IMG/VR virus record: IMGVR_UViG_3300025732_000091
Span: 1-40,796 of that record
Direction: 5' to 3' (one strand)
DNA length: 40,796 nucleotides
DNA from: a virus
Taxonomy: Duplodnaviria > Caudoviricetes
Of this stretch, positions 22,336 through 30,777 are shown piece after piece; within the stretch, counting starts at the first letter, position 1, and each line of letters opens with the position of its first letter. The notes under the pieces are model-generated. The model was not told the origin of the DNA. It was given only the letters and a program-made list of their open reading frames with translations, and did not search any database. Made by a program: the position numbers and the translations under genes.

Positions 22336-22344
22336 ACTTTACCA
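22336..22344 (-). promoter_or_regulatory. Extended -10 upstream of the 62-aa gene
   Basis: Minus strand TG-G-TAAAGT. Confidence 0.5.
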
Positions 22345-22365
22345 TAGACCTATCTCTGGTAAATA

Positions 22366-22953
22366 TCATCCGTCGCTATTGGGCGGACGCTCAATTGACA
22401 TCGCCTTATCCACAGTTCCTGCCGGAGCCTCCACTGGGACCCAAGCCGCCGAGTACTTATGCTCGCCAATTTTTTTGTCTTTGAGCATTGTTCCGTCAAC
22501 CATTAGGTCCATTTCATCGGCTGACATTCCTAGTGCCCTCTTGATATCCGGTTCACCATACTTGCGAGACCGCAGGAGCGACTGAACAATACGAGAAAGT
22601 TTCCTCGCTACGACATTTCCTCTTCCTCGGTTCAGCCGAGCATGGAGGAGCATTGCCTCAATGTCGTCACAGTCCACCATAATGACAGGAACTCGTCCAC
22701 CTGTTGCCTTGGAGAGTTTGCTTAGATTTGAGGCAACTTCATATCGATAGTTGCCATCAATTACGACACCTGTCTGAGCCTGAACTACGAGAGGCTGGAG
22801 CCACCCATAATCTTCAAGCGACCGAGCAAGGATTTCTAAATCTGGCTTTAGTAGATAGGTCGTGCGCCATGGGGCGAGCCGAAGAGAATTCGGGTCCACC
22901 CATTGCATTTCCCCATTGCCAATCATTTGATGTTTTCCTCTTAATAGTTTCAT
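22366..22953 (-). CDS. ibrB: IbrB-like ParB/Srx-fold protein, up to 195 aa
   Basis: LEILARSLEDYGWLQPLVV..VIDGNYRY..HARLNRGRG..IKRALGMSADE..YSAAWVP; directly after the IbrA-like gene. Confidence 0.8.
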   Translation of the reverse strand: MKLLRGKHQMIGNGEMQWVDPNSLRLAPWRTTYLLKPDLEILARSLEDYGWLQPLVVQAQTGVVIDGNYRYEVASNLSKLSKATGGRVPVIMVDCDDIEAMLLHARLNRGRGNVVARKLSRIVQSLLRSRKYGEPDIKRALGMSADEMDLMVDGTMLKDKKIGEHKYSAAWVPVEAPAGTVDKAMSIERPPNSDG

Positions 22954-24116
22954 TATCGTGAATCATCCTGATAGTCAAGGGCGTCTAGTTCAGCCATTTC
23001 TTGCGCTTCGGCTAAACGCATTGTATGTGCTTTTGTTTTTGGTCCGACTGGTGTTACCGAACTGATGTTGAACTCATTTAGCAACAGATTACGAATAAGC
23101 CAACTTACTGGGTAGGAGTATGGGTCAAGTTTGTGCTTTTTACGAAATTCTGCTGAAAATGCTAATGCTCTCTGGCGAAGACCCGGAGTCAACATATTTT
23201 CGTTGATGCAGTATTCAACGCCCTTCCACCCACGTGATGAGTACATCTCAATCATCAGTTCAATATCAAACTCTGACCAAAGTCGTCTCTGAGCATCAAT
23301 ATGAGGGAAGCACTCCACAAGCCGGTCATAAAACTCTGGCTCCGTATTGACCACATCTTTAATGCGCCGGATAGCCACAGAATGAAGCGGAATGCCAACG
23401 CGTGTGTTGGCGCCAGCGACCGCGGCATGGTCATAGTACTCGCAATAATTTGCCCCATGCTCCTCGGATATGAACTTAAGAACATCATTCGTTGTCCAGT
23501 CATAAATGACTTTCGCAAACCGTAAAGGTATTGACTTCTTCATTTTGAAGGGAACATTGATGTAGTTCTCATGGAGTTTCTGAACGCATGCGCGATAGCG
23601 AATCATTGACTCATTCGCCCTAACTCCGGTCAGGAATGCGACTCGTCCGGTTTTTCCCTGCATTGTGTAGTAGTCAATTGACTCTGGAAGGACTTGGTCT
23701 CGTGTCAAGCCAAAGTGCTCAGCGGTAATTGCCCATTCTGGAATTGGGCGATACAAACGACCTTCTCGCTCACGCTTTGCGGACCACAGCAAACAGAACT
23801 CTCGCCGACCTAGAACCCAGACTTCTTGACCCATTGGCATGCAGTACCACTCCATGTCAACCCAGTCATATTGTCGAACCTCTTCAATGTATTTAAGAAC
23901 CAGAGGCGACACCATTTCTTCGTCTCGGAAAATGACTTTTACCGGTCCAAGACCTCGCTCTTCATGAATCTCCTTGGCGAGGTAAAGCACTGCTGTGCTG
24001 TCTTTTCCACCCGAAAACTGAACACAAACGGTGTCAAAGGTGTCGTACACATGACGTATCCGTTCACGCGCCGCTTCAACACAGTTGATGTCTAGGAACA
24101 TTCGTTGTCTTGTCAT
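22953..24116 (-). CDS. ibrA: IbrA-like phosphoadenosine-phosphosulfate reductase family protein, 387 aa
   Basis: EAARERIRHVYDTFD, PP-loop FSGGKDS, FRDEE, LTGVRANESMIR, IYDWTTNDV. Confidence 0.88.
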   Translation of the reverse strand: MTRQRMFLDINCVEAARERIRHVYDTFDTVCVQFSGGKDSTAVLYLAKEIHEERGLGPVKVIFRDEEMVSPLVLKYIEEVRQYDWVDMEWYCMPMGQEVWVLGRREFCLLWSAKREREGRLYRPIPEWAITAEHFGLTRDQVLPESIDYYTMQGKTGRVAFLTGVRANESMIRYRACVQKLHENYINVPFKMKKSIPLRFAKVIYDWTTNDVLKFISEEHGANYCEYYDHAAVAGANTRVGIPLHSVAIRRIKDVVNTEPEFYDRLVECFPHIDAQRRLWSEFDIELMIEMYSSRGWKGVEYCINENMLTPGLRQRALAFSAEFRKKHKLDPYSYPVSWLIRNLLLNEFNISSVTPVGPKTKAHTMRLAEAQEMAELDALDYQDDSR

Positions 24117-24118
24117 CG

Positions 24119-24895
24119 TCAGTAGTCCGCGTGTGAGTCAATAAAATTAATGAGTTTCTCGGCAAACGTGTCTCCATCAATTGCTGGGTCAGAACGAAGC
24201 CAGCGCATGAACGAGTACCACTTTGTCTGCTGTTCAACATTGTCAAAGACAAGGCTGTATTGGACGACAGCGTTCTTTACACCAGACGCCCCAATCAATG
24301 TACTTCCGGTCGTCGCTACCTTGCGGTTGTCAACATCCTGTGCTGGAACAATTCGCCCACCATCTTCAGTCTCCTGAACGGCGATTGCAGGTGGCTCTTC
24401 TGTAATCGGATTAATGATTACTGGAGCCACATAGCCTGGTTCGGAGTCTTGAGCAATCTCAATACGACGCGCCTGCTCACTGATGGACGCCATCTCAAAC
24501 ATATCCCAGCCCATCCCGTCAAGCAGGTCGCTGTAGTTGGTGCTAACTTCCTGAAGAAGAGCATTAAGGGCAGATGCTTCGGTGTATCCAAGTTCATTTG
24601 TTCTGTTATCTGCTAGAGCAAATGCCACTGCTCGGGAATCGTCAGCATCAAACTTTACGGCAGCAATATGTGTCCAGCCGAGTTTTTTAGCGGCTTGGAG
24701 TTGATGATTTCCAGCGATAACGGTTGCTGTTCCATCATCATTTGGGCGAACGACGATGGGCTTAAGTTGACCGAACTCACGGTATGACGCAAGGATTGCC
24801 TCAACATTTCCTCGCCGTGGGTTGTTCTCTAGTGGAACCAGTGTTGATACTTCAACTAAAAGGTCTTTGAGTGACTCGTCTACTTGATGTCTCAT
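24119..24895 (-). CDS. ParB-like N-terminal domain protein, 258 aa
   Basis: LENNPRRGNVEAILASYREFGQLKPIVV..VIAGNHQLQAAKKLGW..FALADNRTNEL; no methyltransferase domain follows. Confidence 0.85.
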   Translation of the reverse strand: MRHQVDESLKDLLVEVSTLVPLENNPRRGNVEAILASYREFGQLKPIVVRPNDDGTATVIAGNHQLQAAKKLGWTHIAAVKFDADDSRAVAFALADNRTNELGYTEASALNALLQEVSTNYSDLLDGMGWDMFEMASISEQARRIEIAQDSEPGYVAPVIINPITEEPPAIAVQETEDGGRIVPAQDVDNRKVATTGSTLIGASGVKNAVVQYSLVFDNVEQQTKWYSFMRWLRSDPAIDGDTFAEKLINFIDSHADY

Positions 24896-25236
24896 TGCAT
24901 CACCTGCGCTCTCACGTTTGCAGCCAGCGTCCGTAGGGCATCGATTGATGTCCTGAGGGAGTGGAGTTTTTCTCTCTTAGCCTTGACGAGCGCCTCGCTG
25001 ATTTTGTACTGATGCGTTAGGTCCTCAAGTTTGTAGTCTGCCCATGCCTCACGCTCTTTAATGGAGCCTTTAGCGCCAAGGTATTCTTTCGCCCAAGTGG
25101 ACTTATAATTTGCTTCTTTTACTGAGGAGTCAACAGCGAGTGTCTCAAACGCTTCTGTTTCCTGTTCCAGCAGGTCAGTAAGACGCATGATTTCCTCTTC
25201 AACTTCGACCTGACTTATTGGGCGACTTCTAGTCAT
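24892..25236 (-). CDS. Coiled-coil protein, UvsY-like, 114 aa
   Basis: All-helical; SIKEREAWAD...LRTSIDALRTLAANVRAQ; within the recombination cluster. Confidence 0.45.
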   Translation of the reverse strand: MTRSRPISQVEVEEEIMRLTDLLEQETEAFETLAVDSSVKEANYKSTWAKEYLGAKGSIKEREAWADYKLEDLTHQYKISEALVKAKREKLHSLRTSIDALRTLAANVRAQVMQ

Positions 25237-25612
25237 TGTCTGCCTTTGCTTGTCTCATAATTTGGTTCCACTGATATGACCGGTGACGTTTTTCTGCTTC
25301 ACTTAATTCGGCATGTACGATGCTCGCCTTATCCTCGCCCCAAGCGTCAACGAGAGCACTATGACTTCCATAGCGAGCAACTAATTGAATGAGGTTATAG
25401 TCCTCATGAAAACGCTCAAGTTCAATATCCAGTTCATCAATCATTTTCATCGCTGAGGCATATTGGGATTTCCAGTGGTCGCGCTCAGCGCGCAACCGTC
25501 TAATTTCAGCAGATGCCTGACATTGGAGGCATTCTCCGCAGTAGTACGCCCCCATGACTGCGCAGTTGGCATCTAGTTCGGCTATCAGGTAGAGGTTCGG
25601 GCCGTCACTCAC
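25229..25612 (-). CDS. Hypothetical protein, about 127 aa, with Cys cluster and coiled coil
   Basis: Start moved to GTG 25612, overlapping the upstream stop; CGECLQC then ASAEIRRLRAERD. Confidence 0.65.
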   Translation of the reverse strand: MSDGPNLYLIAELDANCAVMGAYYCGECLQCQASAEIRRLRAERDHWKSQYASAMKMIDELDIELERFHEDYNLIQLVARYGSHSALVDAWGEDKASIVHAELSEAEKRHRSYQWNQIMRQAKADND

Positions 25613-25823
25613 CACGCACCGCCTTTGTTCTCGCACGGAAATAAAACCGGAACGCCTCAAACTTCGGGTCGGACTCTGCAAAGAGTTCTGCCGACCCCAT
25701 CCAAAGATTGACTTCGGCCCGCAGTCGTTCAATCTCGTCGGCGGCATCCAGCATGAGTCTCGCTAAATCAGCGTCATTCAATGGCTTGAAATCTAATAGT
25801 CGTGTCACGATGTCGTCATTCAT
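25605..25823 (-). CDS. Small hypothetical protein (DDIVTRL...AADEIERLR type), about 72 aa
   Basis: Common small phage protein pattern; GGAGA RBS before ATG 25823. Confidence 0.7.
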   Translation of the reverse strand: MNDDIVTRLLDFKPLNDADLARLMLDAADEIERLRAEVNLWMGSAELFAESDPKFEAFRFYFRARTKAVRGE

Positions 25824-26352
25824 TAGTATCTCCATAGTTCTTAATAAGTGACCAGTCTATCTTGTCTAGGGCATCAAGGTTTGCTTTGGGCCAGTCGTAA
25901 CGCTGGTTGCCCACAATGCATCTGCCCATCTCTTCTAGAATCCATGCATCAGCCTCATCGTCGGCGCTTTTACCGGACCAAATAATTCCTGTTCTTGCTG
26001 AGAGCGCAGAAATAACCTCATTCTTTGATGCATTTCCGCGTCCAGTTGCAAACTTTGCTCGGCAGGTGGGTGGAACTTCTATGAACGGAATGCCCAACCG
26101 ATGAAGGGTCAGCCTTACGACGCCACCGAGTTCTCCAATTGCGTGAGCCTGTGAATGACGACTTGCAAATGAATAGCCTTCTATAATGACAACTGTGTCA
26201 TTTGGTAATGTTGTAACTAAATTATGAAGTTGTTGACTAATGTCATCTAGGCGCTCTACTCCCTTGAATTTAGATGAAATCGCTCCACTCTTGCCACATC
26301 CGCTGTAGCCGGTGCTTGTCAAGGAGAGGTCAAGACCAAGAATTGATTTCAT
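25816..26352 (-). CDS. ruvC: RuvC-like Holliday junction resolvase, 178 aa
   Basis: ILGLDLSLTSTG, VIIEG, ATGRGNASKNEV, DDEADA catalytic motifs. Confidence 0.9.
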   Translation of the reverse strand: MKSILGLDLSLTSTGYSGCGKSGAISSKFKGVERLDDISQQLHNLVTTLPNDTVVIIEGYSFASRHSQAHAIGELGGVVRLTLHRLGIPFIEVPPTCRAKFATGRGNASKNEVISALSARTGIIWSGKSADDEADAWILEEMGRCIVGNQRYDWPKANLDALDKIDWSLIKNYGDTNE

Positions 26353-26361
26353 GACTGAGCC

Positions 26362-26700
26362 TTAGTCTTCTTCCCAGCCGTGAATAGAGAGTCCAAGGTC
26401 AAATGCCAACTGCGGTTCATTTCCAATACGCCGATGGCACTCACGGCATACTGCCAATAGATTGCTCTCGTCAAGAATTGAACCCATCTGGCTCCGACGC
26501 TTCAACTCGTGGATGTCCTGACTTGGACGTCGAATATAAACAACTACCTTGTCGTGCTTAGCAAAGACAGGGCATGCTTCGCACCATGGACGCTCTTTAA
26601 GCAGGCGCTTTACAAGCGGTATGCGCTCTTTATAGACTTCCTGACGCTTGGCTGACCTCTTTGCGAGGGGCGTGCGTTTCATCGGCTTTCCGCGTTTCAC
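26362..26700 (-). CDS. HNH endonuclease, 112 aa
   Basis: CEAC...DIHE...NLLAVCRECHRRI; basic N-terminus. Confidence 0.85.
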   Translation of the reverse strand: MKRGKPMKRTPLAKRSAKRQEVYKERIPLVKRLLKERPWCEACPVFAKHDKVVVYIRRPSQDIHELKRRSQMGSILDESNLLAVCRECHRRIGNEPQLAFDLGLSIHGWEED

Positions 26701-26715
26701 GGACTAACCGTATCA
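26701..26715 (-). promoter_or_regulatory. Extended -10 promoter, leaderless geometry
   Basis: Minus strand TG-A-TACGGT-TAGTCC-GTG; no Shine-Dalgarno. Confidence 0.45.
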
Positions 26716-27222
26716 CTCAAGAATGTCCTCAGCCTTAATCTTGCTGAAAGCCCAAACACCATCAAGAGCATTCCAGAGCGCTAAATCGATAGGAGTAGGC
26801 TCAATATCAAACTCTTCAATCATTGACTTATGCTTTTTGATAGCATTCTCGTAAAGAACCGCATTTTTAAGTGGGTCGGCTTCTGGCAACGAACCAGTTG
26901 TAATCATCTGCTCAACTTCATCAAGTCGACGCTCTACATGGAACTTAAAACGCTCAATCTTTGAACGCCTCTGTTCGTAATCAGCGATTGCCGTAGCAAG
27001 CAAACGAGTGCCGTCTGGACCCAATCGCCCATACCGCTCTTTGTCCGCATCTTGGTCCTCGCTAATATTGTCAAGTTGCACTTGAAGAGTCTCAATAAGG
27101 GCAATCAACGCTCTCCGCCACTTATCCCAGTTTTCCTTCTGGAGCAAAATCTCTCGCTGACTGCGAGAAACCTTGTTCTTTACTTCTTCTGCTACAAGAC
27201 GTGCAAATGAATCGTCATTCAT
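26713..27222 (-). CDS. Hypothetical helical protein, 169 aa
   Basis: Compact ORF with GAGG RBS; coiled-coil character. Confidence 0.75.
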   Translation of the reverse strand: MNDDSFARLVAEEVKNKVSRSQREILLQKENWDKWRRALIALIETLQVQLDNISEDQDADKERYGRLGPDGTRLLATAIADYEQRRSKIERFKFHVERRLDEVEQMITTGSLPEADPLKNAVLYENAIKKHKSMIEEFDIEPTPIDLALWNALDGVWAFSKIKAEDILE

Positions 27223-27229
27223 AATTCCT

Positions 27230-27982
27230 CTATCTCACCCACGCAGGGCACATTTTCTTGAAGTGGCAAAAATTACACAAGCCACTTTGTTTGGCTGGGA
27301 AGTTCTCTTCTTCGCAATAAATGTCAATTTGCTTCTTAGTAGAGACGATTGTTTCTACTGTTGCTTCAATACTTTCCTGCGTTACATCGCGCGAAAGCAC
27401 CTTAGGTGCCACCAAATACATTAGCGAAACCCGAGACGCTGAGCCAACACCGAGCGCATCTACCATTGCGGCATAAATGAAAAGTTGCTGGAACTTGTCA
27501 TCCATATATTTTGGACTGGGGACTTTGCCGGTTTTATAGTCTGAAATGAGCAATGTATTGTCGTCAAGAACTTCAAATCGGTCAATGAAACCCTTGACTG
27601 TTACACCTTCAATCTGACCATTAACTTCGTACTCAATACCGGCAGGACAGGTTTCGATGGGGTCCTCAATTTTGTAGAGGTTCTCTACACACCACCACGC
27701 TTTCCAGCGGAAATCATGCTTATTAAGAGAAAGTGATTCCACCTTCGCTTCATAAGTTTCTTCCCAATGCGACCGTGCCAACGCCCTTGCTACAGGCATG
27801 GTTCTTTGGTCGATAGAAAGGTTGTAGAGCGATTCCAAGATGTCATGCACAAAGTTACCGAGCAGTGTATGAACAGTCGGAGGCTCCATCAGCCCGTCAA
27901 TCTTGCTGAACTTAAACTTCAGCGGACATTGCTGGAATGTATTGATGGATGAAGGGGAAAGATGAGGGGGCGCTGTGAGCAT
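27230..27982 (-). CDS. Cas4/RecB-family PD-(D/E)xK exonuclease with 4-Cys cluster, 250 aa
   Basis: HLSPSSINTFQQCPLK, LGNFVHDILE, KGFIDR, ISDYKTG, QLFIYA, CNFCHFKKMCP. Confidence 0.92.
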   Translation of the reverse strand: MLTAPPHLSPSSINTFQQCPLKFKFSKIDGLMEPPTVHTLLGNFVHDILESLYNLSIDQRTMPVARALARSHWEETYEAKVESLSLNKHDFRWKAWWCVENLYKIEDPIETCPAGIEYEVNGQIEGVTVKGFIDRFEVLDDNTLLISDYKTGKVPSPKYMDDKFQQLFIYAAMVDALGVGSASRVSLMYLVAPKVLSRDVTQESIEATVETIVSTKKQIDIYCEEENFPAKQSGLCNFCHFKKMCPAWVR

Positions 27983-28686
27983 TACTCCCCCTCTGCTTCT
28001 TCTCCATCAACCTGAGCCTGAACGACACCATTGAACTGGAGGCGCAGGGCTTCAACAGTCAAGACCTCAAGTTCTTTTTCGGTGAACTCCGAAGGCTTCG
28101 GAACCGGTCGCCCATCGCTGTAGGAATTCCAATATTCACGAAGGCTGGCGACCTGCTCATCTGTCAGCAATGCCCTAACTTCAATGAAACGGTCATACTT
28201 ATCCTTGAGGCTCACGGACATCGGAGCAGGGGCGGGCGCAACAGGTGCGTGCATTGCCTCGTCCACCTCAATTGCTTCAGCGTCACGAGCAAGATAAAGA
28301 CCAACGCCGAAATGCTGACATGCCTTTTTCATGGCATCAGATACGGCTCCCTTGAACTCATCGCCAAGGTCAACGATGTCACCATTCTTAGTTCGCTTGA
28401 CGCGCACGCCACCGAATCCATCGTGGCTTGAGTAATGCCAGTCTGAGTTCTTCCCCTCATGGGAGACGGAAACTCGCACATGAGCAACAACCCAGTCATT
28501 ATCAATGGCGTCGCGTCCACATGACAAAACCTGATGCGTCCAGCCGGTCGGTCCAAAGATTCGATTCATCCGGTTGATAATTTCCGAAACCGGAAGGTAT
28601 GTCAGTCGTGTGCCACTCTTCTGAACTGTTCGCTCCATCTCCTCCGGAAATGGTTCGGACAGACGGTCATACATATTGTCATTCAT
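27982..28686 (-). CDS. Rad52/Sak-like single-strand annealing protein, 234 aa
   Basis: LSEPFP, LTYLPVSEIINRMNRIFGPTGW, FKGAVSDAMKKACQHFGVGLYL. Confidence 0.88.
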   Translation of the reverse strand: MNDNMYDRLSEPFPEEMERTVQKSGTRLTYLPVSEIINRMNRIFGPTGWTHQVLSCGRDAIDNDWVVAHVRVSVSHEGKNSDWHYSSHDGFGGVRVKRTKNGDIVDLGDEFKGAVSDAMKKACQHFGVGLYLARDAEAIEVDEAMHAPVAPAPAPMSVSLKDKYDRFIEVRALLTDEQVASLREYWNSYSDGRPVPKPSEFTEKELEVLTVEALRLQFNGVVQAQVDGEEAEGE

Positions 28687-29201
28687 TAATTTGCCTTCCT
28701 AATAGAGAGTGATGGTTTGGAATCGCCTGCCTCGCAGAAGTCATCAGCATTAATGCCGATTTCGTTGAGCGCAGTTACTCGCCAGTACGAGGGCTGGACA
28801 AAATCCAGCAACTTCGTAATCATTTCGGACGAACTCATTACTCGCTCACCAGTATCCATATCGATAGCGAGATTTTCAATACGGGAAGCAACAACGGACG
28901 CTAAGTCCTTATGCTTCCAGCCCTTGCGGTCTTTTGACCATTTCTTTTCAATGGTTTCACCACTATTCAGGGTAACCAGTTCCGTCTCCGTCATCTTGTC
29001 CATCAGGTGCTTGACTTGGTCGTCGTAGAGCACCGCAATTTGAGTCTTCAAATTGGATAGCCGAACCAGCAGTTCGCATTCGTCATCAACGGAGTTGTCC
29101 GCATTCGTTCTATGGGCATTCATTCGCTCATCAAGAACGAGAATTGCCTGTTGAAACTCGTCCACGGCTGTGCGCCATGACAAGACAGCATTTTCAGTCA
29201 T
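28686..29201 (-). CDS. Hypothetical protein, about 171 aa
   Basis: AGGAG RBS before ATG 29201; translationally coupled to the annealase. Confidence 0.75.
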   Translation of the reverse strand: MTENAVLSWRTAVDEFQQAILVLDERMNAHRTNADNSVDDECELLVRLSNLKTQIAVLYDDQVKHLMDKMTETELVTLNSGETIEKKWSKDRKGWKHKDLASVVASRIENLAIDMDTGERVMSSSEMITKLLDFVQPSYWRVTALNEIGINADDFCEAGDSKPSLSIRKAN

Positions 29202-29232
29202 TTTCACTCCTAGCAAATTTCGTAGTTGGTAT

Positions 29233-30537
29233 TCAGAGGATTATAGACGCTCTCCGTCTTTGAGGCAACCCTAACCCTGTCAAATGTGTGAACGCTCCGA
29301 CGGCAGAGTCAACTTGGTCGTCATGGTCGCATGCTTCGGGAAAAGAAGCAAATTCGTCAAGCCACTCCGTTAACCATGACCCACGAACGACTCTGACATT
29401 ACCGTTGGCTACGGCAGCGGCAAATGGGCGAGCACGTGTAATTTTGTCTCCCGTTGACCGGATGCCAATGAAGTCATAACCCGGCAGCACATACCTCGCA
29501 TACTGGTCTACGAGGGCTTTTCCACTAGAGCCTGGTTCCTGCTCCATTCGAATCGCAACCGACGGTCCGTCCTCATAGGCAGTCTGCGCAATGAGTTGTT
29601 CAACTTTCTCGCCCTTTACCCGAGCCTTCTTGACATCAAGAATGTAACTTACACCCCCATCTAATAGGACAAGTGTTCCTACTGTCCAGTCAGGATTCGG
29701 GTTGGAATGTGATGGCTCAGTTGCCGCAAGGTCCCAAAACCTGACTGCTCTAGCATTGGAAGCGATTTGGGGGACCTCGTGCGGGTCAATAATTATGAAG
29801 TTTTCCCGCTCAAAGAGGCTTCCGAGGCTGGTACTGAACCAGTCTCCCTCCTCAAGACGACGCCTCTCAACAGGGTCAAGGGCTTGAAGCGCCTGCCGGT
29901 ATGACTCTGCGTCAATGCCGGGGTTGTCGTGGAGTTTAGATGGAACGAATATCCGCCCTTGATTTTGCCCCTCAACGATAAAGCGTTGACGAACCCAGTT
30001 TGGGGCTGGGTTCGATGCGGCTCGCATTCGGAGGGGGACCTGCGCCAACGACCCTTTTGCGGGTCGGCGGAGACGGGAGAATAGGTACCGATAGTCAGAT
30101 TCTCTAATTTCGGTCACCTCATCCATCCCGATGAACTGAAATTCAGCGCCCTTATATCTGAGGTAGTCCTGCTGATTATTTAGGTAACCAAATGAGATTC
30201 TGGCTCCTGATGGGAACACGGCGGTGTAATTATTGGAGTTCCAGCGGACATCGTCATATTTAGCCATCCATGAGGTAAAGCGGTCCATGATGGCTCCGGG
30301 AAGCGCAAGGTCGGCGTAGGTGCGACGGAAAAGAATAGCCGAATACCCCGGCACGTCTACATACTGGAGTGCCGCCATGAGCAAGGCACTTGACTTGCCT
30401 CCACCGGCTGCTCCGCCAAAGAGTGCCTCAAGAGCATAAGTACGGAGGAAGACCTTTTGAGTTATTGAAGGAACCTCAGGGCAGTACTCAGGTGTCTTCG
30501 GCTCTAGATACTTTAGAATCTTGTCCCAATCAGCCAT
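29233..30537 (-). CDS. terL: Terminase large subunit, 434 aa
   Basis: Walker A FGGAAGGGKS, Walker B FIGMDE, ASNP coupling motif, nuclease RFWDLA and HDDQVD. Confidence 0.95.
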   Translation of the reverse strand: MADWDKILKYLEPKTPEYCPEVPSITQKVFLRTYALEALFGGAAGGGKSSALLMAALQYVDVPGYSAILFRRTYADLALPGAIMDRFTSWMAKYDDVRWNSNNYTAVFPSGARISFGYLNNQQDYLRYKGAEFQFIGMDEVTEIRESDYRYLFSRLRRPAKGSLAQVPLRMRAASNPAPNWVRQRFIVEGQNQGRIFVPSKLHDNPGIDAESYRQALQALDPVERRRLEEGDWFSTSLGSLFERENFIIIDPHEVPQIASNARAVRFWDLAATEPSHSNPNPDWTVGTLVLLDGGVSYILDVKKARVKGEKVEQLIAQTAYEDGPSVAIRMEQEPGSSGKALVDQYARYVLPGYDFIGIRSTGDKITRARPFAAAVANGNVRVVRGSWLTEWLDEFASFPEACDHDDQVDSAVGAFTHLTGLGLPQRRRASIIL

Positions 30538-30595
30538 TGCGCCTTCCTAATCTCTAGTGCGATACATTAGTGTCAGCAGGCGCTTTGAGGTGAAC

Positions 30596-30775
30596 GTGAA
30601 AAAAATCTTTGCATTATCAAGAGTTCGTAACTGGCGTGCTCTAACCGCTAATTCCTTAATGTTTGCGTTTATACTATTGACAGGTGTTGGTGCTTACATG
30701 ATTTTACCAGCCGCGGGCTTTATCGTGGCTGGAACTGCTTGCGGTCTCTTTGGCTACCTGTTGGGGTCTGAATAA
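30596..30775 (+). CDS. Small membrane protein preceding the portal, about 59 aa
   Basis: GAGGTG RBS then GTG 30596; two hydrophobic helices. Confidence 0.7.
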   Translation: MKKIFALSRVRNWRALTANSLMFAFILLTGVGAYMILPAAGFIVAGTACGLFGYLLGSE

Positions 30776-30777
30776 AT

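Noticed and set aside
24119-24895. ParB protein as a plasmid-prophage partition gene or DNA methylase
   Set aside because: No ParA or parS-like repeats nearby, and no methyltransferase motifs after the ParB domain
25613-25747. N-terminal part of the 172-aa ORF in the track
   Set aside because: It overlaps the upstream gene in another frame; GTG at 25612 gives a normal coupled start
27230-27982. Cas4-like gene as part of a CRISPR-Cas locus
   Set aside because: No cas1/cas2 or array; it is coupled to an annealase, the usual phage exonuclease-recombinase pairing
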